Program-made: the position numbers and the translations under genes
Notes under the pieces: generated by a model
What the model was told of the DNA's origin: nothing
The model's database searches: none
Seen by the model: only the letters and a program-made list of their open reading frames with translations
Shown: one piece after another, positions 17,913-22,239 of the stretch
Numbering within the stretch: position 1 is the stretch's first letter
Layout: each line of letters opens with the position of its first letter
NCBI GenBank assembly: GCA_040081625.1
Contig: JBEBGD010000091.1
Coordinates: 1 to 22,239, forward strand
Length of the DNA stretch: 22,239 bases
Source of the DNA: Chthoniobacteraceae bacterium
GTDB lineage: Bacteria > Verrucomicrobiota > Verrucomicrobiia > Chthoniobacterales > Chthoniobacteraceae
Reading direction: 5' to 3'

Positions 17913-18406
17913 TCGCGCGCGCCGAGAATTCGGAGTTCGCGCGGAAATGGATCGCGCAGCACTGCAAGGCCGAGGCGTCGGAGTTTGGTGTGCGGGCGTT
18001 CGTGCTGCTGGCGCTGTGGTGCCGCGGGGCGCATCACATCCCGAACGCGACGAAGATCGACTGGACGCGCGAGGATGAGATCGTCATCCGGCCCTACGAG
18101 AGACCGGCCGGGCTCTCGACCTACGACGCCGACGACTTGAGCGTGCTCGTCTTCCTCGCGCACGACGAGGCGTTGCGCGTGGCGATCACTCCGCAGCTCG
18201 AGGATGCCGGGGGCGCGCTCTACGGCGACGACGATTCGCCGAAACCGGAGGGCGACGTGGCCGGCTTCACGGCGGTGCTCGTCGTGCGGATCACGCCGCG
18301 CCATCGCGACGGCTCGATCTTCGAGAGCCATCCCAAGCTCGAAGACCAGGTGCGCAAGCATCGCGCGCGATTCTGCACGCCGTTGGAAAGCGAGGTGGCG
18401 GCGTGA
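17909..18406 (+). CDS. Phage hypothetical protein
   Basis: 165 aa, SD GGAGG and ATGA coupling. Confidence 0.75.
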   Translation: MIARAENSEFARKWIAQHCKAEASEFGVRAFVLLALWCRGAHHIPNATKIDWTREDEIVIRPYERPAGLSTYDADDLSVLVFLAHDEALRVAITPQLEDAGGALYGDDDSPKPEGDVAGFTAVLVVRITPRHRDGSIFESHPKLEDQVRKHRARFCTPLESEVAA

Positions 18407-18666
18407 GCACGACCATCGATTACGAGCTGGCAGTGTTTGGCATCGCGGAGGTCGCGGCTGTCGAGTTGCTCGCGGCGACGCTCGGCCTGCGGACGCTCAC
18501 GGAGATCGAGCGCAACGTGCGCGCGAGCGTGTATTGGCGGCAATTCGTGGAAGCCGTCGCGCGCGGCGCGACGCTCGAAGGCAAGATCAGTCCATCGCTC
18601 GCCCGCGTGGTGATGGGATGGGCGAAGTCGGATGCGGATGCGCTCAAGGAGGCGCTGGCGGAATGA
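18403..18666 (+). CDS. Phage hypothetical protein
   Basis: GTGA coupling with SD GAGGTG. Confidence 0.7.
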   Translation: MSTTIDYELAVFGIAEVAAVELLAATLGLRTLTEIERNVRASVYWRQFVEAVARGATLEGKISPSLARVVMGWAKSDADALKEALAE

Positions 18667-18944
18667 AGCGCAACGAACTCGAGGTGCGGGTGATCAATCG
18701 GCCGGGGCTGACCTACTTCGCGCGGTGCCTGGGCGCGACGGCGAGCTGCACGTCGTCGCCGGCGGTGGCGGCTCAGCGCGCGGCGGCGAAGGCGACGGCG
18801 AAGTCGCACAGCATCGGGCTGCTCTGGCGCGCGTGCGCGCCGGATGAAATCGAAGTGCGGCAGGTCGGCACGTCGTGGACCTGGGTGGCGACGTTCCCGA
18901 TGAGCGCGTATGGGCCGATGAAGGAAAGCGAGGTGGCGGCATGA
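18663..18944 (+). CDS. Phage hypothetical protein
   Basis: MKRNELEVRV...; ATGA coupling with SD AGGAGG. Confidence 0.7.
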   Translation: MKRNELEVRVINRPGLTYFARCLGATASCTSSPAVAAQRAAAKATAKSHSIGLLWRACAPDEIEVRQVGTSWTWVATFPMSAYGPMKESEVAA

Positions 18945-19243
18945 GCGCAGCAGGTCTTCGGGAAATGAATCGGCACAAGCGCGACGCGGAGCGCGCGGCG
19001 ATGCGGCTCGATCGGATCGGCATGGATGTGATCGTGACGAATCCGGACGGGCAGGAGATGCACACGCGGCTCGCGTCGCTGCCGTGGACGGACATGCTCG
19101 GCTTTTACATCGTGAAGGTCGAGGGGCTGCGCGACGTGTGCGATTGCTCTCGCGTGCGAGTGGCGGCTGCGCGGGTTGAATGTCGAACCTCGCGTCGAAT
19201 ATCGAAGGGCGGCGGGCTGCGCATGGAAAGGGGCGGGGCGTGA
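18941..19243 (+). CDS. Phage hypothetical protein
   Basis: MSAAGLREM...; ATGA coupling with SD GAGGTG. Confidence 0.65.
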   Translation: MSAAGLREMNRHKRDAERAAMRLDRIGMDVIVTNPDGQEMHTRLASLPWTDMLGFYIVKVEGLRDVCDCSRVRVAAARVECRTSRRISKGGGLRMERGGA

Positions 19244-19461
19244 TCACCGGGCGCTGCCACGTGTGCAAGGAAGTCCGCGCCGAATCGCAGCTCGCCACCG
19301 AGCGGCGCACGGCGCGCTCGCCGCGCGGGGCTTCGATCTCGATCGGCATCATGTATTGCCGCGACCGCGGCGGCTGTCTGTGCCGGGCGGGCGTGCTGGC
19401 CGATGAACGGATCGCGAAGATCGTGGCGGACCTTGAAGCGGCGAAAGGAGCGTCGGCATGA
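19240..19461 (+). CDS. Small putative Zn-binding phage protein
   Basis: GTG start by GTGA coupling; CHVC...YCRDRGGC. Confidence 0.65.
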   Translation: MITGRCHVCKEVRAESQLATERRTARSPRGASISIGIMYCRDRGGCLCRAGVLADERIAKIVADLEAAKGASA

Positions 19462-19793
19462 ACGGGCTCACGCTGCAAGTGCCGCTGGAGCTGCCTTCGT
19501 CCGAGGAAGTGCGCGCGATCATCCGCGAGGCGGCGATGGATTGCGCGGCGAAGCAGCTCGCGTGGCTGACGTTCGCGGAGGCGGCGCGTCACCTCGGCGT
19601 GTGCCGCAAGACTTTCGAGCGCAAGCGCAGGAAGCTCGGAATCCCGGTGGCGCAGATCGACGGGATCCAGCTCGTCGCGCGGGCCGATCTCGACGCGATC
19701 CTGCTGGCGCACTTGAGCGCACCGGGCGCGACGGTGATCCGCTTCCCGAGCGTGGAGCTGCGCGATGCGCAGGCGATGAAAGGAGCGGCATGA
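19458..19793 (+). CDS. Excisionase-like helix-turn-helix DNA-binding protein (HTH_17)
   Basis: WLTFAEAARHLGVCRKTF...IPVAQIDG..LVARADLDA pattern. Confidence 0.8.
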   Translation: MNGLTLQVPLELPSSEEVRAIIREAAMDCAAKQLAWLTFAEAARHLGVCRKTFERKRRKLGIPVAQIDGIQLVARADLDAILLAHLSAPGATVIRFPSVELRDAQAMKGAA

Positions 19794-20041
19794 GGACGTG
19801 CGCGCAGATTCTCGATGAGGTGCGGATCGCGGTGGGCGAGCGCGGCTACGTGGAGACCGCCGAGCGCTGGGAGCGGGTGACGCGCGAGGATCCGATCGCG
19901 ATGGAGCAGGCGCTGAAGGATCTGCGGTTTCGCCAGGCGGACCGGCGGCTCGGGCCGGTGCGCGATGTGGGGGCGTGGCTCTTCGGGACGTGGGTGAAGC
20001 TGCGGCGTCGGCAGATGGATTTCGAGGGGAGGGCGCGATGA
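19790..20041 (+). CDS. Phage hypothetical protein
   Basis: MRTCAQILDE...; ATGA coupling with SD AAGGAG. Confidence 0.7.
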   Translation: MRTCAQILDEVRIAVGERGYVETAERWERVTREDPIAMEQALKDLRFRQADRRLGPVRDVGAWLFGTWVKLRRRQMDFEGRAR

Positions 20042-20289
20042 AGGCGTATCTCGGCGATGCCGTGTATGCGGAGTCCGCGATGAACGGCGTGGTGCTGACG
20101 ACCTCGAACGGTGTGGAGGTGAGCAACACGATCGTGCTCGAGCCGGAAGTGATCGCGGCGCTGTTCCGGTTCGTGGAGAGTCTGAAGACCGCGCCGCGCA
20201 TCTGCCCGCGCTGCGGGGAGACGAATGCGCCGGCCTCGCTCAAGTGCGACGAGTGCGGGCTGGATCTGACCGTGGAGGATTCGCGATGA
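20038..20289 (+). CDS. Phage protein with C-terminal zinc ribbon
   Basis: MKAYLGDAVYAE...CPRCGETN..KCDECG. Confidence 0.75.
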   Translation: MKAYLGDAVYAESAMNGVVLTTSNGVEVSNTIVLEPEVIAALFRFVESLKTAPRICPRCGETNAPASLKCDECGLDLTVEDSR

Positions 20290-20495
20290 GGGTGTATTTC
20301 GTGACGGCGATCAACCCGGCGCGCACCGAGTGGTTGTGCGAGCACATCGAGGCCGAGGATTTCGAGCAGGCGTGCGGGATCGCGCGAGTGCTGGCGCGCA
20401 CGCAGCTTGGCGAAGCCTTCCGTCTGACGAGCGTGGTGGAGCAGACGACGAAGCCGAAGCTGACCGCGCAGCTTCCCACCGGAGCGGCGGCATGA
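20286..20495 (+). CDS. Phage hypothetical protein
   Basis: MRVYFVTAIN...; ATGA coupling with SD GGAGG. Confidence 0.7.
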   Translation: MRVYFVTAINPARTEWLCEHIEAEDFEQACGIARVLARTQLGEAFRLTSVVEQTTKPKLTAQLPTGAAA

Positions 20496-20923
20496 GCGGG
20501 CGCATCCTGATGATTCCATGCTCCGCGCGGGCCGTGGCGCGGCCGGAGAAGAAGATCGCGGACCTGGAGCGTCGCGCGGAATCGCTGCGAAGCGAGGCGG
20601 AGGATCTGCGCGAAGAGGCGCAGTCGTGCGAGGATGATGCGGAGCGTCTGGACGAAATGATCGAGGAGCTGAAGGGCAGCGACGGCGCCGTGCCGGACGC
20701 GGCGCAATGGCTGGCCAGGTATGCCGGGCAGCGCCTGACGTGGCCTTCGATCGAGGCGCTGGAACGGATCGAGGATGAGTCCGGGCTGGGCACGCTGCGC
20801 GAGCTGGCGCTGGCGGCCGGCGCGGTGCTGCCCGCGGAGCTGATGCCGGCGGTGCAGCGGCGCTGCTTCAAGACGTTCGCGCGGGATCCGCTGTGGCCGC
20901 TGAGCGAGAGGAGGGCGGCATGA
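20492..20923 (+). CDS. Phage coiled-coil hypothetical protein
   Basis: IADLERRAESLRSEAEDLREEAQSCEDDAERLDEMIEEL heptads; ATGA coupling. Confidence 0.7.
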   Translation: MSGRILMIPCSARAVARPEKKIADLERRAESLRSEAEDLREEAQSCEDDAERLDEMIEELKGSDGAVPDAAQWLARYAGQRLTWPSIEALERIEDESGLGTLRELALAAGAVLPAELMPAVQRRCFKTFARDPLWPLSERRAA

Positions 20924-21156
20924 GCGAGCGCGCCGGGCTGCTCATCGTGGATACGTGCTGGCGGTGCGGGTGCATGGACGATGCGCCGTGTGTGGACCTG
21001 CTGACGGGCGAGGCGTGTGCGTGGACGGATGGACGGCGGAACTTCTGCACGGGCTGCGCGCTCGACTACGGCGGGCTGATGATGACGCCGCCGCAGCCGG
21101 ACTCGGAAGTGCTCGTCGGCGCGACGGCGGGCGAGCAGCTCGGAGGGGCGTGGTGA
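20920..21156 (+). CDS. Small Cys-rich phage protein
   Basis: CWRCGCMDDAPC...ACAW...FCTGC. Confidence 0.75.
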   Translation: MSERAGLLIVDTCWRCGCMDDAPCVDLLTGEACAWTDGRRNFCTGCALDYGGLMMTPPQPDSEVLVGATAGEQLGGAW

Positions 21157-21368
21157 TGAGGGCGCTCGGCATCCTGCTCGTCGTGCTCGGATTCGTGGCG
21201 GGGTGCCTGGCGGTGTTATTCATGTCCGACGATGCGCCGATCCATGTGCCGGGCGCGTTGCTGCTCGTCGCGAGCGTGCTGGTGTGGCTCGGCGCGGCGA
21301 TCGTGGAGGATGCGATGAAGCGCCGGAGGCTGGAGGCGATGCGCGAGGCGTCGCGCCGAACTTTATGA
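21156..21368 (+). CDS. Small two-TM membrane protein
   Basis: Two hydrophobic segments and a basic C-tail (KRRR). Confidence 0.7.
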   Translation: MRALGILLVVLGFVAGCLAVLFMSDDAPIHVPGALLLVASVLVWLGAAIVEDAMKRRRLEAMREASRRTL

Positions 21369-21724
21369 AACTGAACACGATCACAGTCCACGCGGGCCGG
21401 TGCTTCAACCACCCGCACGAAGCCTACTCGAATCTCCGACCGGAGGTGACGATGACCGCAGAGCTGCAGGAGGGTGATGATCCGCTCGCGTGCGCGAAGG
21501 CTCTGCAGCATCAGGCGGAGACGCTCGTGGAGGATCACAAGCAGGCGATGCTGCGGTCGATCGAGGAGCTGGAGCACATGCGCCGGAGCGAGTCGGAACT
21601 GCGCGAGCTGGGCGAGATGATGAAGCGCCAGCAACAGCGGATCGACGATCTGCGCCGGGCGCACCCGGAGCTTTTGCACGCGGTTTCCGAGACGCCGGAA
21701 GGAGGTGAGGCCGCACCGATCTGA
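21365..21724 (+). CDS. Phage hypothetical protein with coiled-coil C-terminus
   Basis: MKLNTITVHAGRCFNHPHEAYSNLRPEV...; ATGA coupling. Confidence 0.75.
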   Translation: MKLNTITVHAGRCFNHPHEAYSNLRPEVTMTAELQEGDDPLACAKALQHQAETLVEDHKQAMLRSIEELEHMRRSESELRELGEMMKRQQQRIDDLRRAHPELLHAVSETPEGGEAAPI

Positions 21725-21962
21725 CCAAATCTATTCCGCATCGAACCCGCGCGGGCCGTCCTCAAATCATGACCGGCTCGCGCGAACGTCGGGCGGCGCC
21801 GGGCCAATCGTGCACCGGCGCCGCTCGCAATCGCAGCCCGAATCCAACAGCCACTTTCCATATGACCAGGACCGAGCCGGAAGGCTCACAGACTATCACC
21901 GCCCGCGAACCCGCACAAATGCTACGTGTGCGGGGCGCGTGCGCGCGGGAGGGCGCGGCGTG

Positions 21963-22239
21963 ATGCCTTCCTACGGATTCAAGGCGCAGTTCGCGGCCAT
22001 GGTGGAGCGGGGCCAGAAGCGGCAGACGATCCGCCAGCCGTGGCGCGACGGCCGCCGGCCGCGCGCGGGGATGACGGCGCATTGCTTCGCGATGATGCGG
22101 TCGCCTTCGTGCCGGCGGCTTGCGCGCGGGAAGATCGTGTCGGTGGATAAGATCGCGATCGAGCTGCACAAGGCGCGGCTGCGCGTGCTGGTCGAGGATC
22201 GGGTGCTCAAGGCCGACGAGGTGGAGCAGCTCGCGCGGG
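21963..22239 (+). CDS. ASCH/PUA-like domain phage protein (3' partial)
   Basis: Own translation: MPSYGFKAQFAAMVERGQKRQTIRQPWRDGRRPRAG..., with the G.KxxTxR ASCH motif; SD GGAGG; open to the window end. Confidence 0.75.
   Translation, partial: MPSYGFKAQFAAMVERGQKRQTIRQPWRDGRRPRAGMTAHCFAMMRSPSCRRLARGKIVSVDKIAIELHKARLRVLVEDRVLKADEVEQLAR

Larger units (their letters stand above)
14979..22239. mobile_element. Prophage or phage-like integrative element, left end, inserted at tRNA-Pro; continues past the window
   Basis: Integrase 90 bp from the tRNA 3' end, divergent regulators, excisionase-like HTH and an array of small overlapping ORFs. No virion genes or second att copy inside the window. Confidence 0.85.

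Noticed and set aside
21156..21368. Holin
   Set aside because: Two-TM topology fits, but there is no adjacent endolysin and it lies among early genes.

Overview
GC-rich bacterial chromosome segment; GAPDH and integrase style suggest Verrucomicrobiota or another PVC-group organism (inference). Left to right: (1) core genes: Tat-exported beta-propeller protein, gap with its terminator, MATE transporter, a GTAG-type REP doublet and a HAD phosphatase. (2) An ~8 kb accessory island (~4983-12964): an indel-free array of 18 degenerate 21-bp units, ComEC-like and ComEA-like remnants, a type III R-M operon whose res is split by a complete IS481-family element (6-bp TSD CCTAGC), a single-domain YegP/DUF1508 gene, and an internally duplicated helical protein with an RWG-repeat leader. 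(3) A hypothetical gene and a deoxyhypusine-synthase-like gene. (4) tRNA-Pro(CGG) followed by the left end of a prophage: tyrosine integrase, a secreted protein, a divergent pair of ribbon-helix-helix regulators in the cI/cro position, and a translationally coupled string of small early genes running off the window. Best novelty candidates: the 21-bp phased array with the duplicated helical protein, the RHH/RHH phage switch, and a hairpin-rich RNA-like spacer in the early operon.
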